Positions 1-12,712 of a stretch of DNA of 64,000 nt are shown here, one piece after another; the stretch's first letter is position 1; every line of letters begins with the position of its first letter. The notes below the pieces were generated by a model. The model was given only the letters and a program-made list of their open reading frames with translations. It made no database searches and was not told the origin of the DNA. The position numbers were made by a program, and so were the translations under genes. Source of the DNA: Epiperipatus broadwayi (lineage: Eukaryota > Animalia > Onychophora); NCBI GenBank assembly GCA_028023455.1, contig JAQFVV010000002.1, forward strand, positions 30,504,001-30,568,000, read 5' to 3'.

Positions 1-456
1 ATTATGCCAAAAATTTCTCAATTTTTTTACTCATTACTTTAAAAATAGTGAGCGAAAAAATTTTGTAATTTCTTTGAGATTTTCCTTTCTTCATAGTATT
101 AATTGCATAGTTCATCTCTTTAATTCAGACATTGTTATTTCTTGTTTTTATTATTATTATACATTTGTTTGTAAACTCTTCCATACATGTCATTATGCCA
201 TCTCTCTTTATAGTAATAGTTCTATTTTTTCTTTTTATTACTAAAATAATTTTCAAACATCATACTTTTGGGATTTTTAATCCTTTCTATAGTTTTCTTT
301 AGAAATTCTGATTATTATTATTATTAACTGTTTTTCATAAATTTTCCCAGAATTCCAGGCATTCAATTCTTCTTAATGGATTATTTTTAAATTTTTTCAT
401 ATATTCCTTCTTGTCTTTATACATCGTCTTGTCTCAAGTGAAATTTAGACTATAGC

Positions 457-780
457 AACATCACATGATCAACATTTCTTATGCTTACACAATCTGTTAA
501 CGCAGTAGCAACTTCTCCATATGGTATTGCCACCTAGTGCAAGCCATAGTAATTAGTGGATGCTAGAAGGTTAGTGTATAAAAATTCCTATTTAGTATCA
601 TTTTTTAATCATCCCCAGACTAGGTTCTAGCTTATGGTTTTCATCATTTAAGAGCCTTATATCTGAGAGCATTGTATGTAGGTATTTGGATCGAATGCAA
701 TCATCCAGAAAACACCATTTACTTTACAAAACTAAGAACCCCAAATGAGAAAAACATAATAATGTTTTCAAGCAAACTTA
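457..780 (-). mobile_element. HHR-1 retrozyme-like copy, degenerate core near 612-655
   Basis: Matches the family sequence from acatcacatgatc onward; GAAA mutated to GAAC. Confidence 0.75.
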
Positions 781-838
781 TTCACTTGTACAGTGGTACA
801 CATCTGAATACAATTCAATAGTCATCAACATCCTTTGG

Positions 839-1352
839 CTAGGATATTGGATGAGTAGGCATTAGATAGAGATTTTGATGCATTAACCTTCTAGTATCCA
901 TTGATTACTATGGCTTACACTAGGTGACAATATTGCATGGAGACATTAACTGTATTAACAGACTGTGTAAACATAAGAAATGGTGGCCATATAGTGTTCT
1001 AGTGGTTTATTGCCAAACCTAGTCGAAGGATTTTTGTGACTATGGTTATTAAAAAACAAGGACATTAAAATATATAGACACTAAACTAGGTTCATATCAC
1101 TATGACTATATAAGTAAATTAACTTCGATTAAAACATTATTGTGTTTTAGTTTGGGCTCATAACTTATAGTTCTGGAGGAGTGCATTAGATCCAAAATAT
1201 CTGTGCAGTACTCTCAGATCCAAGCCCCCTCCACACACAGAGATGAAAGACATAATCTAGAAACTAGTCTTAGGATATTGAATGTGTAGGAACTGATAGG
1301 AATTTTAATGCACAAAACTTCTGGAATTCATTGATTATTATAGCTTGCATTC
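839..1352 (+). mobile_element. HHR-1 copy: one cleavage-to-cleavage monomer plus a partial repeat
   Basis: Homology starts at about the post-cleavage position and returns to GAAACTAGTC at 1260-69; stem II is AGA/TCT. Confidence 0.75.
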
Positions 1353-1499
1353 GTTGTACTGGGAAAGTTGTTATCGTGTCAAATAAAAATTGTATTATTG
1401 TCAACGAATTCTACTAACATCACTATAAGTGTAATAGCAGTCAAAGGAAATTTTTCAAAACAGAAAAATTAAAAAAAATTTATGCAATGTATCATAATC

Positions 1500-1780
1500 A
1501 GTTAATTACTTGCCAAAAACGTTGCTAACATCAGCTAGGGAAAAGATTTATTCGGTCTCTTTATTTATTAACAGTAGCTGATTACACTTCTGATTAAAAA
1601 AGCCAGATTCATAGTGCTCATAAGGTTGCTGAGATATTGCAATATTTATAGGTAATATTATGAATACTAAGTATGGCTTCTCTACCGAAAGCATGCTCAG
1701 CTATTGTTAATAAATAAAGAGACAGAATAAACCTTTTCCTTAGCCAACATTAGAAATGTTTTTGTCAACTAATTATAAAC
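1500..1780. mobile_element. Inverted-repeat element with a degenerate family 6-like motif
   Basis: ATGAATA at 1660 ... GAAA-GCATGC-TC^AGCT at 1687-1702; arms 1500-1590 and 1690-1780. Confidence 0.5.
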
Positions 1781-1991
1781 AAAATAAGAAAAAGAATAAC
1801 AACTTCAAATATTACATAACAAATTAAATGATTTGGCAACAATTTGTATATAAAACAATCCATTATAAAAAAGTTATCAAGCTATTTGTTGTAACTAAAG
1901 CATAACTTTTTTTTTTTCTATAACTTTTTAAATTATATTTGAATTTGCATTTTTTAGTTTTATAATTTTTAATTTTTTTAATATTTATTTT

Positions 1992-2542
1992 AAACCACTA
2001 AACACCACATGATCACTGTCTCTTATACTAACACATAACTATTATTAAACAGGCAAAACTCTCCATACAGTAGTGCCACCCTGTGCCAACCAGAGTAATC
2101 AATGGATGCCAGAAGACTTGTGCCTAAAATCCCCATCTAGTGCTTACTCATCCAATATCCCCAGACTAGTTTCTGGCTTGTGGCCTGTGTCAGTGAGGAG
2201 CTTTGGATCTGAGAGCACTGCACCTAGATCTTAGGATCTAATGCAACCCTCCAGCAGCCACGTTTTATCTCTACTTAACTACAAAACTATGAGAATGAAA
2301 TTGAAAACACAATAATATTTTCAATCTAAGCTCAATAGCATATAGTTCATATGGGTCTGAACTCAGTTTAGCACCCATACATTTTGGTGTCTTTGGCTCT
2401 TTAAGAACCATAGCCATTACTATCCTATTAGGCGGGATTGATGTTAAACCACTAAACATCACATGATCACTATCTCTTATACTCACCATCTCTTATTGAT
2501 TACAAAGGCTTGCACTTGGTGGCACTACTGTATGGAAAGTTT
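1992..2542 (-). mobile_element. HHR-1 copy, 454-bp unit with terminal redundancy and a short inverted arm
   Basis: aaaccactaaac at 1992 and 2446; degenerate core (CTGACAC) at 2150-2208; inverted arm 2496-2542 runs into a LINE fragment. Confidence 0.85.
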
Positions 2543-2547
2543 GGTGC

Positions 2548-3592
2548 AAATTGATAAATGAAGCAAAGAAAAGAAAGGGTTTGGTAAAGAAACTAACAGT
2601 ATTTTCATATAATAAATATGATGTAGCTAGAATAGTATGAAAGGAAGTTGCAGTAGCAGGGTTAACATATGGTAATGATGCATTATGTGTTAGTAAAAGG
2701 GTTTTAGATTTAGAGAAAGTACAAAGGGAAGTAGGAAGACATGCATTAGATGCAGAGATGTGGACAGCAAAGAAGGCAATTCAAGGAGAAATGGGATGGT
2801 CAAGTTTTTATATGAGAGATGCAAAAAGTAAAATGAAAATGTTTGGTAGGTTGCAGTTTATGGATAGTAAAAGAATAGCAAAAATAGTGTTCAATTGGGT
2901 TATGAGTAAAGGGCAGGTAACAAGATGGGTAAGAAAGGTAATGTGGTATGCGAAAGATTTGGATAAAGAATTTATATCAGTATACTTATATAAAAGATGG
3001 GATGATTGTGTTAGGAGGATTTTTGAATGTTATAGTGGTAAGGAATGGGATAAAAGAATAGAAGCATTAATAAAAAATGGGGAGTTGGAGAACTAGTATG
3101 GAGGGTAAGAAGAATATTGGATGCGAGTTAATTTATGATAATAGTAAGGAAAGTAGTTTATTATTTAATGCTTGAATGGGATCCTTAGCAACAAGAGAAT
3201 ATACATGTAAATGGGAAACTATGGATGATTTAATGTGCAAATTGTGTAAGGAAGGTATGAAAAATATTAGGCATCTGTTGATTGAATGTAAATGCTTGAA
3301 AGCAGAAAGGGTACAGATAATGAAGTTATGGGAAAATAGACATGAACAAAATGACTATACAGAAAGTGAGTTATTAGTTTTTATGTTGGGTTTGCGAAGA
3401 GATAAGGGGGATTTAGATATAAAGGCTATAGAGTTGACAAAGATTATGTTGTGTAAATGGGATGGGGCAGACTACGGGAAGACTTAAGAGTGGCGAATGG
3501 AAAATAAAGTGGCTAACAGGTTTATCTGGGCATAATTGCTGAGATATTTTTGACTTCGTTTAAGGAGAAGCCAAAAATACATCACATCACAT
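2548..3592 (+). mobile_element. 5'-truncated non-LTR retrotransposon (post-RT region, CCHC zinc knuckle, 3' end)
   Basis: Broken ORFs with CKLCKEGMKNIRHLLIEC; ends in a (CATCA)n-type tail, tacatcacatcacat. Confidence 0.85.
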
Positions 3593-4229
3593 GCTCTTAT
3601 TAATTGATAATACACTTAGAACAATAATAATGCATAAAATAAAAATAGTATAATATATATATATTTTAAAATGTTTTTGTTTTAATTTAATGCCTAATCC
3701 ACCAAAAAGCAAAAAAAAAAAAAAAAAATTTTTTTCTTGGACCACAATTTTAACTGTTATATGTAATTTTAAATAATAAAAACATATTCTGATGTAATTG
3801 TTCAGTGAAATATATATATAACTTTAAATAAAAGCATGGGATTTCCATAAATTAATTAATTCAAGCAATACAGTTTATGATCAAATCAAATACTCTATTA
3901 TAGTTTGAATAGATTAATTTGTGGATGCCCCGTAGTTATTTAAAATATGTATCAGTCAAAATTGTGTTCCAAGAAAATTTTTTTTTTGTTCTTTAGTGCA
4001 TTAGTCCTTAAATTAAATAAAAGCATTTCTTCTTAAAAAATATTTTATATTTATACTATTTTTTTTAGTGTTTGCATATTTTGTTCCAAAAATACATGTG
4101 TACAAAATTTGAGATCTCTTCAATAAAAGTAGGTTAAAAATTGGTTACAAGACTTAATCCAAATAAACTAAAAGAAGAAGTAAAATATAATTATTACCAA
4201 ATTCACCACTTCCTTTACTTTGCTGTAAT

Positions 4230-4635
4230 ATCTTATATAAATTCAATTTATCCACTACTTTGAACATTTTTTAGCAAAAACATTTTATTGTATCTATATG
4301 CATATACAATCATATATTTCAACTGTCCTGCAGTCTTCTTCAGAGATAATTTTATTTTAAATTTTTAAAAATAAAAAATATATTTTTAGCAAAAATCTTT
4401 TATTGTACTTATCTTATGTTTCAACTGTCCTGCAGTCTTCTTCAGAGCCAACTTTACTTTAAATTTAAAAAAAAAACAAAAAACGTTTATTTTTAAAAAA
4501 AATTAAAGTAAAATTGGCTCTGAAGAAAACTGTAGGACAGTTGAAACATAAGATTGTGTACACATATAGGTACAATAAAAGATTTTTTCTAAAAAGTGTT
4601 CAAAGTAGTGGATAAATTGATTTTATACAAAATAT
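4230..4635. mobile_element. Inverted-repeat element with Penelope-type HHR-like motifs (family 4)
   Basis: CTGAAGA-A-GACTG-CAGGA-CAGTT-GAAA at 4317-43(-), 4419-45(-) and 4520-46(+); stems I and III unclear. Confidence 0.6.
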
Positions 4636-4664
4636 AATTAATATATAAAATCACTTCAAAACAA

Positions 4665-5460
4665 TTACAAGATTTTTGTTTTATGAAGCAGTGATTTAAA
4701 AAAGGTTTACATAAACAATCAAAAAGGAGATTAAGATTCCATCTGTTTCTTTTTCCATTTTAATTAACTGTAAACACACCTAAAGTTCTTCCTCAAATTA
4801 AACGAAAGTGGTTGCTTAAAAAAATATAGCATCGTCTATTAATGCAAGACTAAAAATTTAGTGCACTGATTTGAATGTGGTTTGAAATGCGATCCACCAA
4901 TCCTGTTAGGCTTGGCAATCCTGAAATATTTCATTGTCATTATAACTGAACTCGTGTATAAAATTTGAAGAAAATATGGTCATTCTGATTTTAAAATTTT
5001 GCATTATTACTTCTATCAAGCATGTGTACAAAATTAAAAAAAAAGTTTTTCCATAGATATAGTTGAAAAATACGTCATAAGATTTTTGTTTTTATTAAGA
5101 TAGTAGTGTAAAAATAACAATTTACATGAACAATATAAAGGGAGAATTAAGATTTCATCCTCCCTTTTTTCTTTCTATATTAAGTATAAATGCTCCTAAA
5201 ATTTCTACCTCAAATTGAAAGTTTTCTTAAAAAATATAGTGACAACTATTAAATATGACTAAAAATTTCCGGATCCAATTTGAATGCAGTTTGAAATTTA
5301 GCCTACTAACATCATTAGGTTGGACAGCCCTAGAAAATTGCATTGTTATATTATGTGGTCATTGAAACTCAACATGTGCACAGTATTTGAAGAAAATTCA
5401 TTTGGTAGAAGTAGGCTAAAAATTGGTTACACGATTTGACCCAAATAAACAAGTCTGAAT
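4665..5460. repeat. Diverged tandem duplication, period about 410 bp
   Basis: aagatttttgtttt...gagattaagatt...aaatttctacctcaaatt blocks recur near 4668 and 5078. Confidence 0.65.
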
Positions 5461-6024
5461 TTAAATAAAAGCCTTGACAGGAAGTACCTTTCTTTTGTCA
5501 ATTATTTCCATATCTAAAGGTATGACTTATACTGCTGCTATACTAAAATATTCACAAGCATATCTCTGGCTTAAAGTTATTATATTATTTCTTTATTAAT
5601 GAACAAATACTTGCATTAGGCAAAAATATTAAGAAATTGTTATGTTCATTATTGTTAATGCATCTAATTTCAAAATATTAATATTACTAATTTTACAACA
5701 ACGAGTGTAATAGGTAGTTGAGTTGTCTACAGATTATGATTACTATAGATATGTTTTGCTCTTATTACACAGGATGTCTATTTTACCTGAGTTACTATTG
5801 ATATCTATGTTATTTGGAAAGAATAGAATAATTAAATTAGCCAAAATATTCCGTTATCATTTCATAATTAAACCACTAAACATCATATGATCATCATTCT
5901 TTATGTGTACACAAGTTGTTTACACAGAAGCTAAACTCTCCATACAGTAGCACCACTCAGTGCAAGCCAGAGTAATCACTGGTGTAAGAAAGTTTGTAAT
6001 AAAATCCCCATCTAGTTCCTACTC

Positions 6025-6083
6025 ATCCAATATTTCCAGACTAGTTTCTAGCTTGTGGCTTTCATCAGTGTGGAGCCTTGGAT
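6025..6083 (-). ncRNA. HHR-1 hammerhead (core intact, weakened stem I)
   Basis: Reverse complement reads CTGATGA-AAGCCACAAGCTA-GAAACTAGTC. Confidence 0.75.
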
Positions 6084-6126
6084 CTGAGAGCATTAAGATC
6101 CTAAGATCAAGATGCAGTGCTATCAG

Positions 6127-6185
6127 ATTCAAGGCTTCTCACTGATGAATGCCACAAGCTAGAAACTAGTCTGGGGATATTAGAT
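6127..6185 (+). ncRNA. HHR-1 hammerhead
   Basis: CTGATGA 6142-48, GAAACTAGTC 6162-71, stem I TTCTCA/TGGGGA; one stem II mismatch. Confidence 0.8.
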
Positions 6186-6200
6186 GAGCAGTGCTCTCAG

Positions 6201-6259
6201 ATCCAAGGCTTCTCCCTGATGAAAGCCACAAGCTAGAAACTAGTCTGGGGATATTGGAT
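6201..6259 (+). ncRNA. HHR-1 hammerhead, tandem second copy
   Basis: CTGATGA 6216-22, GAAACTAGTC 6236-45; 74 nt after the previous copy. Confidence 0.8.
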
Positions 6260-7007
6260 AAGTATACTAGATTGGGAATTTTATGCCCAAACTTTCTTGC
6301 ATCCATTGATTACTCTGGCTTGCACTGAGTGGCGCTACTATACGAGTTTAGCCTCTGTGTATCATTTCATACTGCAGTATTGCATTTAAAAAAAATCTAA
6401 TCCCATCTTTATTTCAAATTTGCATGCAGCATGCTAAAGAATGTTATTCTGTATGGTAACATTTTGGTGATGTTATATCAGTAAATTCAAAAAACTAAAC
6501 AATTTAGTGACATCAAACTGCAACTTCGAATTATATTTCAAAAATTAAGTGTGCCATGAAAAGTTTGTATCCATCAAAAAATTCTTTATAACTTCATCCA
6601 TAAAATTTTTTATATTCTACAACTAAAAATAAATAAGATATTTAAGTTTGAAAGTTTTGACAAGATTCAGCTTTTTCAAAATATTTAGAAAAATTTGAAA
6701 ATATAATTCAATTTTGAATCTGCCATTTACTTGCGTTATAAGTTGGAACATTTTTGGTTATTCAGTCATCCTTGCATCTTTTGAAATAATGAAGGAGTCT
6801 ATGTTGGGTAGGGATAAAATACGCACTTTGAACAAAGATTTTAATTATAATTTAAATATTCATAATATCAGTGCTACAAAAATATCTCGGAACATTAGAA
6901 AATTGTCTGAAGAAAAACAAAAATGAAGGCAAAATATAGAAAGTCACAAGAATGATTTCCGTAACTGAAAACAAATCTTATAGTAAAAAATCAACACAGA
7001 GACAAAA

Positions 7008-7248
7008 TGCAAGTCAGAGTAATCAACGAATGGGGAATGTTTGTGCATAAAACCCCTATCTAATGCTTAGAAACTAGTCTGGGAATATTGGAAGAGTAGA
7101 CACTAAATAGGGATTTTATGCAAAAACCTTACTACATCTATTGATTACTCTGGATTGCAATGAGTGATGCTACTATATGGAGAGTTTTGCCTCAGTGTAA
7201 ACAGCTTGTGTAAGCATAAAGAATGGTGATCATGTGATTTTTAGTAGT
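7008..7248. mobile_element. HHR-1 fold-back fragment with a partial core
   Basis: Only GAAACTAGTC (7070-79) is retained; ends at gatcatgtgatttttagt. Confidence 0.8.
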
Positions 7249-8336
7249 AAGAAATCAACTTGGATTAAGAAAGGGAACAACAAAATCAATATAAAGAAAT
7301 TATTTCATCTAAGAATCAAGATGCCAAATGCTGTGTTGAAAAATATAAATGAATTAAATAAGACAAGAGAATAATCAAATTTTTATACAAAATTGTAAAA
7401 ACATTGAGGTAGGGGGAAAATGAATAAAAAAAAAAGAATTTTGTGAAGAAGTAAATAGTTATGAAGTATCAGGAAATCTTGTTGAAACACGATTTGATGA
7501 ATTATACGGTAGGATATCAACAATATAGTAAATCCAATTGAACCAGGTTTATGGCCAGATATTTTAAATAATAAATTTAGATTATGTATTAAAATTACAT
7601 CTAATTAATAGATTAACACATTCTCCATAAAATTGCTGATGGTGGAACTTTATATCTTATTATTTTAAAACTATGTCTAGCGGTGACAAACAGCATTATA
7701 ATTGATTAACGTACTCAAATCTTGAGATTCAGTTAGTTGCTTTTGTTATATACTGTTTTCTAAAGAAAATATCATTCATGTATATATTCTATAGATGGCT
7801 TTAAAAGTAAAAAAAATTGATAATGATTATTCGAAATCATGAACGTTCTGTTTGTCACTTTAACTTTTATGTTGCTGAGAAAGGATTATTAAATTGGCTT
7901 AATTTAAATTGCATTACTGGTAAGATAATTCAAATTAATATATCTAGAAAAACAGAGTTCAAAGATAACAGTTCTATAGAATTGTGTATGTTATTCTATT
8001 TATAGCTAGTATAAATCTCCAAATTGAATAACTGAATAATGGAAATTCTCTGAGTTTAAACCAATAAGATCCAATGTTGATGAAACATTAAAGAGATTAA
8101 AAACCCAAAGAAATGAATAATTCTTACCATTTGGCACAGATCACAGAAGGAATTTATTGCCACTTTAAGTATAAAATTATCCATCAAATGGATTGCATAC
8201 CTGATATTTCCCACACTAATAATGCTCAAGGCTAAATGGGTTTATAAGCAACGATTAGAAACCAGACAACACTTAGATAATCCCAATAGAGATAATATTC
8301 AATCATCTCAAACACCTTTATTGTTAAAAGGAAGTT

Positions 8337-8443
8337 TCCTTGACAACAGTTTGAGATTGTTGATTATTATCTATATTGGAATTTAAAAGGATGTTGCCTT
8401 GACAACAGTTTGAGATTGTTGATTATTATCTATGTTGGAATTG
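8337..8443. repeat. Short direct duplication (~46 bp)
   Basis: ccttgacaacagtttgagattgttgattattatctat.ttggaatt occurs twice. Confidence 0.85.
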
Positions 8444-9227
8444 TCTGTGTTCTAATGGCTAATGAAAAATTTACAAACAAGAAGCTAATTATTAGTGAAA
8501 CATTTATAGAATTTATTGAAATATTCAAAACAATTGGTGAGAATTAATAAACATGTATTTAAATATAATGAACTAAATTTAGATATCCTGAATTTTAAAT
8601 GACAATTACACAGCAACAGAAATAATATAAAGGATAAATATAAAGGAATACAGTTCTGAATAATTACTTTAAATCATTATGCAACTTATATGCTTTGTTT
8701 ATTACAAAGTTTTAATATGCTAATAATTTGTGATGTACATACTGTTAAATGGGGGGGGGGGGATAATGAAATGTTTGTACTCTTCATTTTCTACTTCTAT
8801 GAAAAGATGAACATTTTTGAAAAAACAAACATATAAATGTAGCATTTAGAACATTATATATTAATTGTGAAGCCAAAATTGACTCAGATGAAGTGGTCTA
8901 CAAACAATTCAAGCAGAATTGTAGTTTGATTCTTACATTTGATAATTAGATCAACAGTTACAGATTATTATGTGTCAATCACCTGTTGAATGTACTCATT
9001 AAGCTATGCCTGAACTCCCAATCTCTTAATTAGAAAAGTAGAAATGAAGAGATGAACTAATATCAATAAACTACTGACAAGTAACCTTTAATAACTCTAA
9101 TTTAATATATTTAATATTAATACATATATATCCCCGTCATTACAGGCTCAATAATTCCATAATCCACACAGTTACTATAAACTAGTACTATTTTCATATC
9201 CAATTTGCAGTCTATTTGAGGACATAA

Positions 9228-9400
9228 ATGTGATGTGGCTATTCCCTTACTGAAGTCAGGAATCTCTGTCACTATGCCCAGAAAAGCTTATTAACCATCT
9301 TACTTTCCCTTTCCATTGCCCACCTTAAGTTTTTCCCCATATTCTTCTCTGTCCTTCTCCATCCCATTTCCACAACATCATCTGTCCAATCTAGGTCCTT
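9228..9400 (-). mobile_element. Diverged 3' end of the same LINE family
   Basis: Reverse complement ends ...gggcatagtgacagagattcctgacttcag...gccacatcacat. Confidence 0.6.
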
Positions 9401-10339
9401 AGACAAATAATATATTCTATGCTGACTTCTAAAAAGAGATAACAGCGGTTCTAATTTCTATTTCAGTAAAGACCTTCAAACTAAATTGAAAGTGTGAAAA
9501 TTCTTCATGAAGGAGGCAATTTTTTATAAATATTAATAAAATACATTTAATAAGTACACAAGCTGCTAACATTAAAATACGGGATTCATGGGATTTGAAT
9601 TGATGACATTTGCTTCCGCTTTGTTTTTTTTTTTAAAATTTAATGGCAATTGAGGCAGGTTTAAGAAATTAACCAAAAATATTTCTGCAGATGTAAAGAC
9701 TGTTTTTAATAGTTTATTACCATTAAATTTATTATAATTAGACATATACACACATATGATAAGGTTTTCAGTCCAATTCATGCTTCAATTAGTCTTACTT
9801 TAATTCCAAATATTATAGATACCCACATGTATGTGCATGCACACACATACACATTGTAAGTTATACTATTTTTACTCTGAGATTGCATACATTTTAATGG
9901 TCTTCGAGGTTTACACAAATAATAATAAAAATCAAGACAACCTGTTTTCTTCCTTAGTTGAGTTTCTGATCTATGGAGGCCAAAAGCCTAGAAAATTATC
10001 TTGTTTACTGCTTCCTACTGCAGAAAAAGAAGATGACAATTACTTCTGTGTAATGGTCTGTCTATCTGCTCTTTTTAGAGTACCCTATCCTTCAAGGGGC
10101 TGCAGAAAGGAGTTTGCTATTAACTGAAAGGAGATCCTTTGATTCCTCTTGGAGGCCTTAAAGGAACGGAGCAGGGTAAATTCCTAATGTCCACTCCATA
10201 CGATCTTGTCGTTGCAGCTGTTATTACAATGTGATTATTCATATAGTATACGAACATGGATGGGCTGCTCACCAACATGCATTAGCCAGCACGAAGAGTT
10301 TATTGGCTTTTTACCTCCAAGTTTAAGAATATTTTTTTC

Positions 10340-10445
10340 CAATATATACAATCATGACAGAAAAGAAGCTAAAGATAGGAAAAGATGGATTGAACTTGGA
10401 GAGACCTTCATCCTGCAGTGGATTGATAATGGTTGATGATGATCC
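10340..10445 (+). mobile_element. RTE-clade LINE 3' end
   Basis: RKEAKDRKRWIELGETFILQWIDNG* followed by a (GAT)n tail. Confidence 0.7.
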
Positions 10446-11623
10446 TTCAGGGCAAATATCTTTAAGTTGATTAATCGAATTTAATCAGCCTGATTTATCA
10501 ACTGTGAAATAAAATCTGTAAAAAAATATTAAATATTTTTTATTCTATTGTTAGCTGCATTTCCTCTGAAGACAATTACTTTTTCTTCTCCATTATATTT
10601 AATTAGATGATTTTCCAAGTTATTTAGCTTTGCTTTTAATTGTGATTTACTTAGCTAACTTTGAATTATACTTAATAGATTCTACGTAATCTTTTTTTCC
10701 TTTACATACTTAACATTTAAATACTTAATTCATTTTAGCTATTTTTAGTATCAACATTTAAATTGTAATGGTCTGGAAGAATTTATTGATATAAATAACA
10801 ATAATGCATTTAATAAAAACCAACATTTCTATTGTTATTTAGCGGAGATAATATTATTAATATATACCATTAAAATAATTGTAAAATGCTTTCAACACTA
10901 ACGTGCCCTTATCAAAGCAAACTATGTAAAACATGGACTCCTTATAAACTTCACTTATAAACAAAGTTCGTAGTTCGTTAGATTGCTTATAAACAATGCC
11001 TGTCAACATTAAGTTTAAATGTATTGTTTACTATACTGTCTGAAATGAATAGTATTTTTAAAAAGCTGCAAATAAAAATAGGAAATAAATCTTCAGGCAT
11101 ACACTTTATTTACACTATGAATTTTGCGCGCATTCTTACAGATAGATACTACGCTGGAGAAACAATTATTGATTTGCATAACAACAGTGATATTCGATTC
11201 AACATTTAATTTACTAACTATTATTAAAAATGAAATATTAAATTTAAGACTAATTGAAGAATTCTTACATAGGACTAAAAATGTAGCGTAGAACATGAAT
11301 ATTTCAGTTTTCATCAAAGACGAATTTAAAGAAAGATTATTTTCTAAAGTGAGAGAAGGGACCTGTTAAAGAATATAGATGCAATTTTTTAATTAATATA
11401 CTTAATGTACAAATAAAGGAAGATTTAAAACATACTAAAATTTAATAATCTTTATTAGTCATTCATTAGACTAGAAATTATGCAATAATGAATACCTAAT
11501 ATTTCTGTAGTGTAATTTATACTACACCATTCTCATGCAAGGTAGGACCCGTTTCTATTCTCTTTTAACACCTTGTAGAGGGGTGTAATCATAAATATAT
11601 GACAAAAGATGTGAAGATCTGTG

Positions 11624-11677
11624 GTCCCCAAGATTCACATTTCATGCTAACCAGCACTCATCAGTTGGTCGAGATCA
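11624..11677 (-). ncRNA. HHR-2 hammerhead
   Basis: Reverse complement: GACCAA CTGATGA GTGCTGGTTAGCAT GAAA TGTGAA TC^TTGGGGA. Confidence 0.72.
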
Positions 11678-11692
11678 CAACCAATATCTTAT

Positions 11693-12241
11693 GTCACATG
11701 ATCATTGTCTCTTATACTAGCACATAATTGTTTATAAACAAGGCAAAACTCTCCATACAATAGTGCCACCCCATGCCAAGCAGAGTAATCAATGGATGCC
11801 AGAAGGCTTGTGCATAAAATCCCTATCTAATGCCTACTCATTCAATATCCCCAGACTACTTTCTGGCTTGTGGCCTTTGTCAGTGAGGAGCTTTGGATCT
11901 GAGGGCACTGTACCTAGATCTTAGGATCTAATGAAACCCTCCAGCAACCATCTTTTATCTCTACTTAACTATAAAACTATGAGAATGAAATTGAAAACAC
12001 AAAAATATTTTCAATCTAAGTCCAATAGCTTATACAATCATATGGGTCTGAACTCGTTTCAGCACCCATACATTTTGGTGTCTGTCTCTTTAACAACCAC
12101 AGCCACCACTATTCTATTAGGCAGGATTGGTGTTAAACCATTAAGCATCACATGATCATCATCTTATACTAGCACATAATTGTTTATAAACAAGACAAAA
12201 CTCTCCATACAATAGTGACACACTGTGCCAACCAGAGTAAT
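11693..12241 (-). mobile_element. HHR-1 copy (1.2 units) inserted in an HHR-2 element
   Basis: tcacatgatc repeats at 11694 and 12148 (454 bp apart); caatatcttat on both flanks. Confidence 0.87.
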
Positions 12242-12397
12242 CAATATCTTATATGACTTTATCATTGTTCAGTATATATATATATATAGATAGGGAATTA
12301 CTACAGTTTAGTACCCTCACTACTTTGACACAAACCATTTGATGGAAGTATTTAAATAATTTTTTATTAGTCATTCATTAGTCTAGAAGTGACTCAA

Positions 12398-12712
12398 TAA
12401 ACATTACATGATCACCATTTCCTATGCTAGCTTATAACTGTTATTAAAACATGCAAAACTCTCTATACATACTGCCACTCACTGCAAGCCAGAGTAATCA
12501 ATGGATGACAGAAGGCTTGTGCATAAATTCCCATCTAGTGTCTACTCAGATCCAAGGCTCCTCACAGACGAAGGCCACAAGCCAGAAACTAGTCTGGGGA
12601 TATTGGGTGAGTAGGCACTAAATGGGGATTTTATGCAAGCCTTCTGGCTTCCATTGATTACTTTGGCTTGCATTGAGTGGCAATACGTATAGAGAGTTTT
12701 GCCTGTTTTAAT
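12398..12712. mobile_element. HHR-1 fold-back element
   Basis: Inverted arms meet near 12545; plus-strand core CAGACGA...GAAACTAGTC at 12565-94 with a GGC/GCC stem II. Confidence 0.85.

Larger units (their letters stand above)
5871..6357. mobile_element. HHR-1 fold-back element with three ribozyme cores
   Basis: Minus arm 5871-6120, plus arm 6120-6357. Confidence 0.9.

Noticed and set aside
9228-9400. LINE fragments at 9228-9400 and 58205-58340 as further targeted insertions
   Set aside because: Neither has the HHR-1 target motif at its 5' junction; they are counter-examples or decayed pieces and limit the specificity claim.
9900-10330. Possible LINE endonuclease remnant (LLPTAEKEDD)
   Set aside because: A single weak motif with no other APE catalytic motifs seen.
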